Source: an uncultured Micromonospora sp. (lineage in GTDB: Bacteria; Actinomycetota; Actinomycetes; Mycobacteriales; Micromonosporaceae). From it: 64,000 nucleotides of DNA. A program made the translations under genes and the position numbers. Numbering within the stretch: position 1 is the stretch's first letter; each line of letters begins with the position of its first letter. Under the pieces are notes generated by a model, which did no database searches, was not told the origin of the DNA, and worked only from the letters and a program-made list of their open reading frames with translations. Positions 51,168 to 61,558 of this stretch are shown piece after piece. The stretch spans positions 1,543 through 65,542 of the forward strand of contig CALGAM010000133.1 of assembly GCA_937951935.1 (NCBI GenBank), read 5' to 3'.

Positions 51168-53099
51168 TTGAGCGACACCACCGACGTGACGTCGGATGTT
51201 TCCAACGTCGCTGGCGAAGGCACCGCCGGTCCCACCCGCCGTCGGCGGACCGGGACCGGGCTGTCGGCAATGCTGTTGCCAGAGTTGCAGAGCCTGGCCG
51301 CGTCGCTCGGCATCTCCGGTACGGCCCGGATGCGCAAGGGCGAGCTGATTGCCGCGATCTCGGAACGCCAGGGGGGTGCCACCGCTGCTGCCACCGGCGG
51401 AGCGCCACGCCCCCGGGCCGAGGTGTCGGCCGCGGCCGCGCCCTCCCGAGAGGAGGTACGCGCCGAGGTGCGCGAGAACGGCGACCGCCCCGACGGTGAG
51501 CGGCGTGCCGCCGAGCAGGCGCCGCCGGCCGCCGCTGCCGGTGGCGCCGAGGGGGGACGTACCCGGACGTCCCGCCGGTCGCGCGCGGCCGCCGCGGCTG
51601 CCGCCGCGGCCACCGAGGCGGGGAGTGAGCCCACACCCGCCGAACGGACCGAGCGACCGGAGCGCGCCGACGGCGCCGAGCGCGCCGAGGGTGCCGAGCG
51701 CACCGAGGGTGCGGAGCGCGCCGAGCGGGGTGACCGCGGTGAGGCGCGCAACGGTCGGGAGCGCAACGGCAACGGCGGTGACCGGGGTGAGCGCGCCGAC
51801 GCGCGGGGTGACCGGGGCCAGCGCGCGGAACGGGACAACGACGGCGAGGACGAGGGCGAGAGCGGCGGACGCCGCAGCCGCCGGAGCCGTTTCCGGGACC
51901 GGCGGCGGGGCCGCGGGGAGCGTGCGGAGAACGGCGAGGGCAACCGGGAGCCGCAGGTCAACGAGGACGACGTCCTCGTCCCGGTGGCCGGCATCCTCGA
52001 CGTGCTGGACAACTACGCCTTCATCCGGACGACCGGTTACCTCGCCGGGCCGAACGATGTCTACGTCTCGATGTCGCAGGTCAAGAAGTACGGCCTGCGT
52101 CGCGGTGACGCGGTCACCGGTGCGGTCCGGGCGGCCCGGGAGGGCGAGCAGCGGCGGGACAAGTACAACCCGCTGGTCCGGCTCGACACCGTCAACGGGA
52201 TGGACCCGGAGGAGGCGAAGCGCCGCCCCGAGTTCTACAAGCTGACCCCGCTGTACCCCCAGGAGCGGCTGCGGTTGGAGACCGAGCCGCACATCCTGAC
52301 CACGCGGGTCATCGACCTGGTCACGCCGATCGGCAAGGGCCAGCGGGCGCTCATCATGTCGCCGCCGAAGGCCGGTAAGACCATGGTGTTGCAGGCGATC
52401 GCGAACGCGATCACCCGCAACAACCCCGAGTGCCACCTGATGGTGGTTCTCGTGGACGAACGGCCCGAAGAGGTCACCGACATGCAGCGCTCGGTCAAGG
52501 GCGAGGTCGTTGCGGCCACCTTCGACCGTCCGCCGCAGGACCACACCACCGTGGCGGAGCTGGCCATCGAGCGGGCCAAGCGCCTCGTCGAGCTCGGCCA
52601 CGACGTGGTCGTGCTGCTCGACTCGGTGACCCGGCTGGGCCGGTCGTACAACCTGGCCGCGCCGGCCAGCGGCCGGATCATGTCCGGCGGTATCGACTCG
52701 ACGGCCCTGTACCCGCCGAAGCGGTTCCTGGGTGCGGCGCGGAACATCGAGAACGGCGGCTCGCTGACCATCATCGCCACCGCCCTCGTCGAGACCGGTT
52801 CGGTGATGGACACGGTCATCTTCGAGGAGTTCAAGGGGACCGGTAACGCCGAGCTGAAGCTGGACCGGAAGATCGCCGAGAAGCGGGTCTTCCCGGCGAT
52901 CGACATCCACACCTCGGGCACGCGCAAGGAGGAGATCCTGCTGGCGCCCGAGGAGCTGGCCATCACGCACAAGCTGCGGAAGGTGCTGCACTCGCTCGAC
53001 TCGCAGGCTGCGCTGGACCTGTTGCTGGACCGGCTCAAGCAGACCCGGACCAACATCGAGTTCCTGATGCAGATCGCGAAGTCGACCCCGGGCGAGTAG
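51168..53099 (+). CDS. rho: Transcription termination factor Rho with actinobacterial N-terminal insertion
   Basis: TTG start after GGAAGGA; GKGQRALI.SPPKAGKT, DERPEEVT, FKGTGN. Confidence 0.97.
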   Translation: MSDTTDVTSDVSNVAGEGTAGPTRRRRTGTGLSAMLLPELQSLAASLGISGTARMRKGELIAAISERQGGATAAATGGAPRPRAEVSAAAAPSREEVRAEVRENGDRPDGERRAAEQAPPAAAAGGAEGGRTRTSRRSRAAAAAAAAATEAGSEPTPAERTERPERADGAERAEGAERTEGAERAERGDRGEARNGRERNGNGGDRGERADARGDRGQRAERDNDGEDEGESGGRRSRRSRFRDRRRGRGERAENGEGNREPQVNEDDVLVPVAGILDVLDNYAFIRTTGYLAGPNDVYVSMSQVKKYGLRRGDAVTGAVRAAREGEQRRDKYNPLVRLDTVNGMDPEEAKRRPEFYKLTPLYPQERLRLETEPHILTTRVIDLVTPIGKGQRALIMSPPKAGKTMVLQAIANAITRNNPECHLMVVLVDERPEEVTDMQRSVKGEVVAATFDRPPQDHTTVAELAIERAKRLVELGHDVVVLLDSVTRLGRSYNLAAPASGRIMSGGIDSTALYPPKRFLGAARNIENGGSLTIIATALVETGSVMDTVIFEEFKGTGNAELKLDRKIAEKRVFPAIDIHTSGTRKEEILLAPEELAITHKLRKVLHSLDSQAALDLLLDRLKQTRTNIEFLMQIAKSTPGE

Positions 53100-53284
53100 G
53101 CCGGGGGTCGGTCCACACGGCACACGGGCCACGGTCACGCGGGGTCCGGTCGGTTGTCCGGCCGGGCCCCGCTGTCGTCTGTCCGCGTCCACCGCCGCAC
53201 GTCCCCACCCCGCCGATGAAGTTTTCTTTCTTGTCGGGTGCTGGGTATTGAAACTTCTGTGCGTCGTCGGGTTGACTACCGGAC

Positions 53285-56200
53285 ATGGTGTTCCGCCGTC
53301 GATTCGGCGTTCTCGCCGGTCTGCTGCTTCTGACGCCCTCCCTGACCGTGGCCGACCCGCCGCCGGCCCGAGCCGCCGTGCCCGACGGGCCGGCCCGAGC
53401 CGCATCGGTGGCGTCACCGGCCCCGGTCGGTGCCACCGCCACCGAGGACAGTCCGCCGGCCTCCTCGGACCGCGTCGCGTCGGTCTCGCCCGTCACCTCC
53501 GCCGAGACCGACGCGATCGACGTCGACCGTCGTAGCCGGCCCGTCGCTCCCGGGCTCGAACTGACGTCGTTCGACCGGTTCGACGCCAACGGGTGGATCC
53601 GGGCCGACGCGCTCGTCGCCGACCTGGCCGGCGGGGTCACCGTCGACTACGTCAACGCCGGGGAGGTGGCCCGCACCGAGCCGCTGCGCGCGATGGTGGA
53701 ACGGGCCGGCGCGGTCGCCGCGGTCAACGGCGACTTCTTCGACATCAACAACTCGGGCGCCGCCCAGGGGATCGGCATCCAGGGCGGTGCGCTGGTGCAG
53801 TCCCCGGTAGCCGGCCACCACGAGGCGGTCGGGGTGACCGCCGACGGCGTCGGCCGGGTGGTCCAGGTCTACTTCGACGGCACCGCCACCCTGCCGACCG
53901 GTCCGGTCACCCTCACCCAGTTCAACAACATGGTCGCCGCGGGTGGCATCGGCGTCTTCACCTCGCTGTGGGGCTCGTACCCGCGCAGCCGGGCCGTGGC
54001 GGGCGCCACCCGGGTCACCGAGGTGACCCTGGTCGGGGGCCGGGTCACCACGGTGACCGACACGGCCGGCAGCGGGCCGATCCCGGCCGGCACCACCATC
54101 CTGCTCGGCCGGGAAGCCGGCGCGGACGCCCTCGCCGGCCTGCGTCCCGGCGACCCGGTCGACGTCCGGTACGCCCCGAGGACCTCGGACGGCAGCACGC
54201 TGCACGCCGCCGTCGGCGGCAACCGGGTGCTGGTCCGCGACGGCGTACCGCAGGACATCGGGGACGTCAACCCCGAGCCCCGCACCGCGGTCGGGTTCTC
54301 GGCCGACGGACGCAGGATGTTCCTGGTCACAGTGGACGGACGGCAGGCCGACAGCCGGGGTGTGACGCTGACCGAGCTCGGCCGGATGATGGCCGAGCTC
54401 GGCGCGCACAACGCGCTCAACCTCGACGGCGGTGGTTCGTCGACCCTGCTGGCCCGCGAACCCGGACAGTCGACGGTCCGGGTCGAGAACAGCCCGTCCG
54501 ACGGCGCCGAGCGCCCGGTGCCCAACGGCCTGGCCCTGTTCGCCCCGGCCGGCAGCGGCCGGCTGCGGGCCTACTGGGTGACGACCGAGATGGACCGGAT
54601 GACGGCGCCCGGGCTCGGCCCGGTACCCGGCGGGCGGCCGGAACGGGTCTTCCCCGGGCTGACCCGTCGGCTCCGCGCGGCCGGTTACGACGAGACGTAC
54701 GGCCCGGCGGCCGGGGAGCCGACCTGGCGGAGCAGCCCGGCGAGCGTCGGCAGGGTGGACCGCGACGGGGTGTTCCGGGCCGGCAAACCCGGAACGGTCA
54801 CCGTCACCGCCGCGCGCGGCCCGGCCCGGGGCGAGCTGGAGCTCACCGTGCTCGGCCCGCTGGCCCGGATCGACGCCACCGCGGACAGGCTCGGCCTGGC
54901 CGGCGTCGGCGCCACCGGCACCGTCGGCGTGGTCGGTTACGACGCCGACGGCCGCACCGCGCCGATCGAGCCGGCCGACCTGCGGCTGGAGTACGACCAC
55001 GAGCTGTTCGACATCACCCCGACCGCGACCGGACACCTGTCGGTGCGCGCCAGGGCCGACAGCGGAGCCGGGCTGGTCACCATCCGGGTCGGCGACGCCA
55101 GCACCGTGGTGCCGGTGACCATCGGACTGACGGACGTGCCGGTGGCGACGTTCGACGACGCGGCGAGCTGGCGGTTCAGCGCCGCCCGTGCCACCGGCTC
55201 GGTCGCCCCGGCGCCCGGTCACACCGGCACCGGCCTGAAGCTGACGTACGACTTCGGCCAGTCGACCGGCACCCGGGCCGCGTACGCCGATCCGCCGGCC
55301 TGGATCGAGGTACCCGGCCAGCCGCAGGCGTTCGGGATGTGGATCCACGCGGGTGGCCACGGCGAGTGGCCGAGCCTGCACCTGCACGACGCGCTGGACC
55401 AGCAGCACGTGCTGCGCGGCCCGTACCTGGACTGGGTCGGCTGGCGGTACGTCGAGATGCAGGTGCCGGCCGGCGTCGTCTACCCGGTGCGGATCCGGCG
55501 GTTCTACGTCGCCGAGACCGACGCGGCGGCGCAGTACACCGGGGAGACCATCATCGACGACATCGTCGCCAAGGTTCCCACGGAGCTGACCCCGCCGCCG
55601 AGAGAGCACCGCACCGACCGGGTGGTGATCACCGACGGCACGGTCGACGACGCGCCGTGGCGGTTCGCGGTCCTCTCCGACGCGCAGTTCGTCGCCGCCG
55701 ACCCGGACAGCGACCTGGTCGCGCAGGCCCGCCGTACGCTGCGGGAGATCCGTGCGGCCCGGCCGGACTTCCTGGTGATCAACGGGGACTTCGTGGACAC
55801 GGCGTACCCGGCCGACTTCGCGCTGGCGAAGCGGATCCTCGACGAGGAGCTCGCCGGGGAGCTGCCGTACTACTACGTGCCGGGCAACCACGAGATCATG
55901 GGTGCGCCGATCAGCAACTTCCAGGCGGTCTTCGGCGCCACCACCCGGGTCTTCGACCACACCCCGGCCGGCGGCGGCCGGGCCACCCGGTTCATCACCC
56001 TGGACACCTCCGCCGGCAGTCTCCGGGGCAGCGGGTTCGCCCAGGTCCGGGCGCTACGGGAGGCGTTGGACTCTGCCGCCGCCGACCCCCGGATCGGATC
56101 GGTGGTGGTGTTGGAGCACCACCCGCCGCGCGACCCCACCCCGGCGAAGGCCAGCCAGCTCGTCGACCGGAAGGAGGCGGCGCTGCTGGAGCGCTGGCTG

Positions 56201-56770
56201 GCCGGGTTCCAGGAGGAGACCGGCAAGGGGGTGCTCTTCGTCGGTGCGCACGTGGGAATGTTCCACGCCGACCGGGTGGACGGGGTGCCGTACGTGATCA
56301 ACGGCAACACCGGGAAGGGGCCGTCGACCGCGCCGCACCTCGGCGGCTTCACCGGCTGGACGATGTTCGGCGTCGACCCGGTGAGCCCGGCCGAGGCGGC
56401 GAAGGCCCGCCGTGACCCGCTGACCGCCGGGCCGCGCTGGGTGACCGCGGAGACCCGGGCCCACGTCGACGCGCTGGAGCTGGCCGCCCCGACCCACCTG
56501 GCCGCCGGGACCAGCGTGTCGGTGACCGCGACCCTCACCCAGCCCGACGGCCGGCGGGTGCCGGTCGCCGCACCGGTCAGCGCCGACTGGAGCGGGTCGG
56601 CGAACCTCCACGTCGGACCCGCGTCCGGTCTGCGGCCGTGGCACGCCGCGTGGTTCGACCCGGCCACCGGCCGGCTGACCGGGCTGGGGTCCGCCGGCAC
56701 CGTCTGGCTCGCCGTCACCGTCAACGGCGTGACCGCGCGGGCGACCGTCGTGCTCGACCGAGCCGGGTGA
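53285..56770 (+). CDS. Secreted phosphodiester glycosidase (NAGPA-like) with metallophosphoesterase domain
   Basis: Signal peptide; NGDFF, PRTAVG, LNLDGGGS; SDAQ, NGDFVD, PGNHE. Confidence 0.85.
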   Translation: MVFRRRFGVLAGLLLLTPSLTVADPPPARAAVPDGPARAASVASPAPVGATATEDSPPASSDRVASVSPVTSAETDAIDVDRRSRPVAPGLELTSFDRFDANGWIRADALVADLAGGVTVDYVNAGEVARTEPLRAMVERAGAVAAVNGDFFDINNSGAAQGIGIQGGALVQSPVAGHHEAVGVTADGVGRVVQVYFDGTATLPTGPVTLTQFNNMVAAGGIGVFTSLWGSYPRSRAVAGATRVTEVTLVGGRVTTVTDTAGSGPIPAGTTILLGREAGADALAGLRPGDPVDVRYAPRTSDGSTLHAAVGGNRVLVRDGVPQDIGDVNPEPRTAVGFSADGRRMFLVTVDGRQADSRGVTLTELGRMMAELGAHNALNLDGGGSSTLLAREPGQSTVRVENSPSDGAERPVPNGLALFAPAGSGRLRAYWVTTEMDRMTAPGLGPVPGGRPERVFPGLTRRLRAAGYDETYGPAAGEPTWRSSPASVGRVDRDGVFRAGKPGTVTVTAARGPARGELELTVLGPLARIDATADRLGLAGVGATGTVGVVGYDADGRTAPIEPADLRLEYDHELFDITPTATGHLSVRARADSGAGLVTIRVGDASTVVPVTIGLTDVPVATFDDAASWRFSAARATGSVAPAPGHTGTGLKLTYDFGQSTGTRAAYADPPAWIEVPGQPQAFGMWIHAGGHGEWPSLHLHDALDQQHVLRGPYLDWVGWRYVEMQVPAGVVYPVRIRRFYVAETDAAAQYTGETIIDDIVAKVPTELTPPPREHRTDRVVITDGTVDDAPWRFAVLSDAQFVAADPDSDLVAQARRTLREIRAARPDFLVINGDFVDTAYPADFALAKRILDEELAGELPYYYVPGNHEIMGAPISNFQAVFGATTRVFDHTPAGGGRATRFITLDTSAGSLRGSGFAQVRALREALDSAAADPRIGSVVVLEHHPPRDPTPAKASQLVDRKEAALLERWLAGFQEETGKGVLFVGAHVGMFHADRVDGVPYVINGNTGKGPSTAPHLGGFTGWTMFGVDPVSPAEAAKARRDPLTAGPRWVTAETRAHVDALELAAPTHLAAGTSVSVTATLTQPDGRRVPVAAPVSADWSGSANLHVGPASGLRPWHAAWFDPATGRLTGLGSAGTVWLAVTVNGVTARATVVLDRAG

Positions 56771-56807
56771 CCGCCCGGGCCCACCCACCCGTCCAGAAGG
56801 GACGCTC

Positions 56808-56844
56808 CCGCCCTGCCGGGCCCGTGGCCGGCCCGGCAGGGCGG
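56808..56844. terminator. Hairpin between convergent genes
   Basis: CCGCCCTGCCGGGCC / GGCCCGGCAGGGCGG 15-bp inverted repeat. Confidence 0.65.
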
Positions 56845-56853
56845 CCGCCCGGG

Positions 56854-57756
56854 TCAGAAGTCGCCCTCGGCGACCTGGAAGACCGTCAGGCCGAGCTCGC
56901 GCCACATCCGGACCACCTGCATCCGGTCGTCGAAGACCCCGACCACCCGGTAGCGGTCGCGGATCTCCCGGTCGAAGATCTCCCGCTTGACCACCGCGTC
57001 CTTGCGCGAGTCGCCGACCGCCCGCATGTACAGCCCCAGGTACGGGACGCCGACGTGCTCGTCGAGCCACCGCTCGGTGGCGGACCGGCACGAGGCGTCC
57101 CGGCCGGTGCAGAAGACGACGCCGTAGCCGGCCGCGTGCATCGCCCGGACGGCCGCGATCACGGCGGTGTTCGGTCGGTCCTCCCCGACCCGGCTCATGT
57201 CGTACGGGCTGCGTCCGGCAAGCAGCGCGACCGTGCCGTCGATGTCGACGAGCACGATCTCCGGGGCGTCCCCGGCCGGCGGCGGCTCGTAGACCCTGGC
57301 CGGGGCGCCCGGCCGCGCGGTCGGCACCGGCAGCGGCAGCTTCCGGCCGGCCAGGTAGCGTTCGTGCAGCCGCCGGATCGCCTCCTCGCCGACCCGGTCC
57401 CGCTCCGGGCGCGCGGCGTCGCGACGCACGCACTCCTCCAGCGGTACGTCGGTGAAGTCGTGCACCTCGAAGGTCGCCCCGAGCCGGGCGGCGAGCTGCG
57501 CCCAGTCCCGCAGCGTGCGGGACCGCAGGTTGGTGTCGTCGACGCAGACGTCGACCCCGGCGCGCAGCAGCGCCTCCACCTGGGCGCGTTGCGCCAGGGT
57601 CACCTGCCCCTCGGCCCACTGGGTGAAGAGCCGCTCGCCGTGCAGCATCCGGCGTATGTCGTCCCGGTTCACGCGGACGACCCCGGGCTGCAGCGTACGG
57701 GCGAAGGTGGTCTTGCCCGAGGCGGGCAGCCCTCGCGTGGCGATCAGTCGGGGCAT
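56854..57756 (-). CDS. T4 PseT-like polynucleotide 5'-kinase/3'-phosphatase
   Basis: GLPASGKTT and NRDDIR kinase; DIDGT, TGR, K, FDDR, FQVAEGDF HAD phosphatase. Confidence 0.88.
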   Translation of the reverse strand: MPRLIATRGLPASGKTTFARTLQPGVVRVNRDDIRRMLHGERLFTQWAEGQVTLAQRAQVEALLRAGVDVCVDDTNLRSRTLRDWAQLAARLGATFEVHDFTDVPLEECVRRDAARPERDRVGEEAIRRLHERYLAGRKLPLPVPTARPGAPARVYEPPPAGDAPEIVLVDIDGTVALLAGRSPYDMSRVGEDRPNTAVIAAVRAMHAAGYGVVFCTGRDASCRSATERWLDEHVGVPYLGLYMRAVGDSRKDAVVKREIFDREIRDRYRVVGVFDDRMQVVRMWRELGLTVFQVAEGDF

Positions 57757-58321
57757 GGTCACTCCTGGTCGTACGAGACCCGGTCCGCCGCCGGGCGGAC
57801 CTGCTGCCAGAGCCGGGAACGGTGGTCCCGGCCCCCAGGCGGGGGAAGAGGAGGTCGCGGTCGGGGTGGCGGGCGACCCGTGCGGCGAGGCCGCGCCGGG
57901 TCCACCCGGCGGGCGGCTCGGCCACGGTCTCACCGTACCCTGCTCGATCTTCGCCGCCCGGGCCTCGACGGACGCGGTCAGCTTCGGCCGCGACGCCGTC
58001 GACCCCCGGGGAACCGAAGACCAGCCGGTGCGGCCGGAGGCGCTCCGGATACTCGATCCTGACCGGGGGGTTCGGTCTCCGGTCCTGAGGGGTTCGGTGT
58101 CCGGCCCGTGCACGACCGTCCCCTTCTGGCGCGGTGACGGGGCGGGTCACGGGTGTGTCCTCCGGCCTGGGGGGAATCCAGCCGAGGGGAGTGTGCCTCT
58201 TCCGGCTGGGGGGATTGGGCCTCTTCCGGCTTGGGGGAACGCGGCGGGCAGACCGTGACGTCACGGATGTGGTGCGCGGCCCGATTTCGGACCGGCGTGG
58301 GCGCCGTGGCACACTGGTCAA

Positions 58322-58412
58322 CCGGCCACCGGTTCCGGTTCACGCCCGAGTCCGTGCCCCGCCGCGACCATCTGCCGCCGGGTCGGACGCCGAGGGGCGA
58401 CCCGGCGACCAT
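58322..58412 (+). ncRNA. Probable L31 (rpmE) leader RNA
   Basis: CCGGTTCCGGTTCACG...GGCGACCCGG structured 5' UTR just upstream of rpmE; recognised by eye only. Confidence 0.4.
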
Positions 58413-58433
58413 CGACGAAAGGACCGAGGCGAC

Positions 58434-58658
58434 ATGAAGCCCGACATCCACCCTGAGTACGTCACCACCCAGGTCACCTGCTCGTGTGGTAACTCGTTCA
58501 CGACCCGCAGCACCGCCAAGGGCGGCGTGATCCACGTCGAGACCTGCAACGCCTGCCACCCGTTCTACACCGGTAAGCAGCGCGTGCTGGACACCGCCGG
58601 TCGGGTCGCCAAGTTCCAGCAGAAGTACGCCAGGGTTCAGGCGAAGAAGAACAAGTAG
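58434..58658 (+). CDS. rpmE: 50S ribosomal protein L31 (Zn-binding form)
   Basis: [23 protein letters not shown]. Confidence 0.97.
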   Translation: MKPDIHPEYVTTQVTCSCGNSFTTRSTAKGGVIHVETCNACHPFYTGKQRVLDTAGRVAKFQQKYARVQAKKNK

Positions 58659-58784
58659 CCGCCTCGACGGGCCCGCCTCCGGTGACGGCCGGGGGCGGGT
58701 GTCGCGTGTGCGCGAACCGTCCCGGAAACCGGCGGGTCGGCGGGACCAGGCGTTGGAGTGGAAGCGAAGGAGGGGACACCGGCC

Positions 58785-59885
58785 ATGACCGTCGCGGGCG
58801 GCAGTGACCGGCTCGCCGCTCTCCTGGACGAGTACGCGGAGCTGCAGCGGCGGCTCGCCGACCCGGCGATCCACGCCGACCCGGCCGCCGCCCGGCGGGT
58901 GGGCCGGCGATTCGCCGAGTTGACCCCGTTGCACAAGGCCGCCGGCGAGCTGGAGCAGGCTCGGGCCGACCTGGTCGCCGCCCGGGAACTGGCCGCCGAG
59001 GACCCGACGTTCGCCGCCGAGGCGGAGGCGATCGCCGCGAGGATCCCGGGCCTCGAGGGCCGGCTCGCCGAGCTGCTGATCCCCCGCGACCCGCACGACG
59101 CCAAGGACGTCATCCTGGAGATCAAGGCCGGGGAGGGAGGCGAGGAGTCCGCGCTCTTCGCCGCGGACCTGCTGCGGATGTACCTGCGGTACGCCGAGCG
59201 GCAGGGCTGGGTCACCGAGGTGATCGACTCCCAGGAGTCCGACCTCGGTGGGATCAAGGACGTCTCGCTGGCGATCAAGATGCGGGGTGTGCCGGAGGGC
59301 GGCAACGGGGTCTGGTCCCGGCTGAAGTGGGAGGGCGGCGTCCACCGGGTGCAGCGGGTGCCGGTCACCGAGTCCCAGGGGCGGATCCACACCAGTGCGG
59401 CCGGTGTGCTGGTGCTGCCCGAGGCCGAGGAGGTCGACGTCACGATCGACCCGGGGGATCTGCGTATCGACGTCTTCCGTTCGTCCGGGCCGGGTGGCCA
59501 GTCGGTGAACACCACCGACAGCGCGGTGCGGATCACCCACCTGCCGACCGGGATCGTGGTCTCCTGCCAGAACGAGAAGAGCCAGCTGCAGAACCGGGAG
59601 CAGGCGATGCGGATCCTGCGGGCCCGGCTGCTGGCCATCGCCCGGGAGCAGGCCGACGCCGCGGCCTCCGACGCCCGGCGGTCCCAGGTCCGCACCGTCG
59701 ACCGGTCGGAGCGGATCCGCACGTACAACTTCCCGCAGAACCGGATCACCGACCACCGGATCGGCTACACGGCGTACAACCTGGACCTGGTGCTGGCCGG
59801 CGAGCTCGACGGGGTGCTCGACGCCCTGAGTGAGGCGGACCGGGCGGCGCGGTTGGCCGGGGAGACCGAACTGGCCCGCCGCTGA
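58785..59885 (+). CDS. prfA: Peptide chain release factor 1
   Basis: PVT specificity motif, [19 protein letters not shown]. Confidence 0.97.
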   Translation: MTVAGGSDRLAALLDEYAELQRRLADPAIHADPAAARRVGRRFAELTPLHKAAGELEQARADLVAARELAAEDPTFAAEAEAIAARIPGLEGRLAELLIPRDPHDAKDVILEIKAGEGGEESALFAADLLRMYLRYAERQGWVTEVIDSQESDLGGIKDVSLAIKMRGVPEGGNGVWSRLKWEGGVHRVQRVPVTESQGRIHTSAAGVLVLPEAEEVDVTIDPGDLRIDVFRSSGPGGQSVNTTDSAVRITHLPTGIVVSCQNEKSQLQNREQAMRILRARLLAIAREQADAAASDARRSQVRTVDRSERIRTYNFPQNRITDHRIGYTAYNLDLVLAGELDGVLDALSEADRAARLAGETELARR

Positions 59886-59910
59886 CACCGCCGGTCGGGA
59901 CGGCCGGCCC

Positions 59911-61470
59911 TCAGCGGTCGGTACGCGCCTCGGCCTTGGCGCGGAGCATCTCCCGGTCGGCGCGTTCGAACGCCGCGCCGAAGGCGTCCCGCGCCCCCAC
60001 GCCGGTGTTGCGTACCTCGGCGAAGCCGACGCTGACCCCGATCGGGGTTCCGGGCACCAACGACTCCCAGTCCTCGGACCGGATCGCCGTCCTGATCCGC
60101 CGGCCGACCTCGCCGGCCTCGGCCATCCCGGCCCCGGGGAGCACCACCACGAACTCGTCACCGCCGTAGCGGGCGACGAAGTCACCCCGGCGCAGCACGC
60201 GGTTGATCACAGCGGCGACCCGTTGCAGCACCAGGTCGCCGGAGTGGTGGCCGTGTATGGTGTTGACCGCCTTGAAGCCGTCCAGGTCGCAGACCCCGAT
60301 GACGGCACGCTCGCCGCGGCTCACCGTGTCGGCGACGTACCGTTCGAGGCGGCGGCGGTTCGGCAGGCCGGTGAGCGGGTCGGTCAACGCCTCGCCCTCG
60401 TACCGGGCGGCGGTCCGGCGCATCTCCTCGTGCTCGATCCGGGCGGCGATGCCGTCGACGTAGACGTCCCGGAGCCGGTCGTTGCGCCGGGTGGCCAGCC
60501 GGAAGGCGTACCGGTCGGCCCGGTGCGCGGCGGCGTGGTCGCCGGCACGGGCGTGGGCCAGGCTGCACAACCGGGCGTGTTCCGCCGAGCCGAGCGTCTC
60601 GGCGGCGACGTTGATCGCCTCCAGCCGGGCCAACGCCTCGGCGCAGCGGCCGGCGGCGATGGCCTGGCACGCCTCGCCGAGCTGGCGCATGTCCCGGGTC
60701 CGCACGCTGTCGCCGCCGTTGGCGAGCAGCCAGGACGGGTCGAGCTCCGGCCGGGTCGGTGGTTCGACCGGCGCGCCGAGGGCGGCCTGCCGGACGATGG
60801 CGTAGCCGTACGCCGCGCGGCTGCTCGGGCGCAGCCGCGCGGCCGTGCCGGCCCGGACGAACCGCTCCAGGTCGGCGCGGATGTCCCGGAGCACCCGCAG
60901 GCACCCGTCACTGTCCCCGTGGTGGTCGAGCGCGACGGCGCTGCGCAGCCGGATCGCCGGTGCGGCGAAGGTCTCCTCCGCGATGCCGGCGGCGAGCCCC
61001 AGGGTTCTGGCCCGCTCGATGGCACTGAGCGCGTATCCGTGGAAGCCGAGGTACGAGTACGCCATCGCCAGGTCGTGCCAGCCCCAGGCGGTGTCCCGGT
61101 CCGGCTGGTCCACCGCGTTCAGCGCCCGGGAGCCCTGCACCAGGTGGGTGACGCAGCGGTCGAGTGCGCCCTGGTCGTGCGCGGCGAGGGCGGCGAGGGC
61201 GTGCAGGTGGCCGTGCAGGTACGGCTCGGACAGGTCCCGCGCCGCGTCGAAGGCCTGCTCGACGGCGCGGGTGTACTCGGCGGTACGGCCCAGGTTGAGC
61301 ACCGCGCACAGGCGCTGGAGCAGAGCGTCGGCCCGGGCGTACGGGTTCGTGGTGCTCGCGGACACGCGTTCGGCGATCAGGCACGCCTCGGCGGAACGGC
61401 TGCTCTCCATCAGCGCGCGGGCCTGCCGCAACGCCTCAACCTGGTCGCCGACCCGGTCGAGCCAACCCAC
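59911..61470 (-). CDS. Diguanylate cyclase (GGDEF) with helical N-terminus
   Basis: DPLTGLPNRR, DLDGFKAVN, RYGGDEF. Confidence 0.92.
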   Translation of the reverse strand: MGWLDRVGDQVEALRQARALMESSRSAEACLIAERVSASTTNPYARADALLQRLCAVLNLGRTAEYTRAVEQAFDAARDLSEPYLHGHLHALAALAAHDQGALDRCVTHLVQGSRALNAVDQPDRDTAWGWHDLAMAYSYLGFHGYALSAIERARTLGLAAGIAEETFAAPAIRLRSAVALDHHGDSDGCLRVLRDIRADLERFVRAGTAARLRPSSRAAYGYAIVRQAALGAPVEPPTRPELDPSWLLANGGDSVRTRDMRQLGEACQAIAAGRCAEALARLEAINVAAETLGSAEHARLCSLAHARAGDHAAAHRADRYAFRLATRRNDRLRDVYVDGIAARIEHEEMRRTAARYEGEALTDPLTGLPNRRRLERYVADTVSRGERAVIGVCDLDGFKAVNTIHGHHSGDLVLQRVAAVINRVLRRGDFVARYGGDEFVVVLPGAGMAEAGEVGRRIRTAIRSEDWESLVPGTPIGVSVGFAEVRNTGVGARDAFGAAFERADREMLRAKAEARTDR

Positions 61471-61558
61471 GCAGAACCTCCAACGGAAACGTGGACGTTT
61501 CCGAGCGGAAACGCACTCGCGACGAGATGATTCCCGGTCGACGTTTCATGATTATGTC

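Noticed and set aside
51480-51960. ERAEGA-type repeats in rho
   Set aside because: Normal low-complexity N-terminal insertion of actinobacterial Rho.
58160-58240. Imperfect ~24-bp repeats (CCTCTTCCGGCT..GGGG)
   Set aside because: Two to three degenerate copies, consistent with slippage like those at 2324 and 42790.
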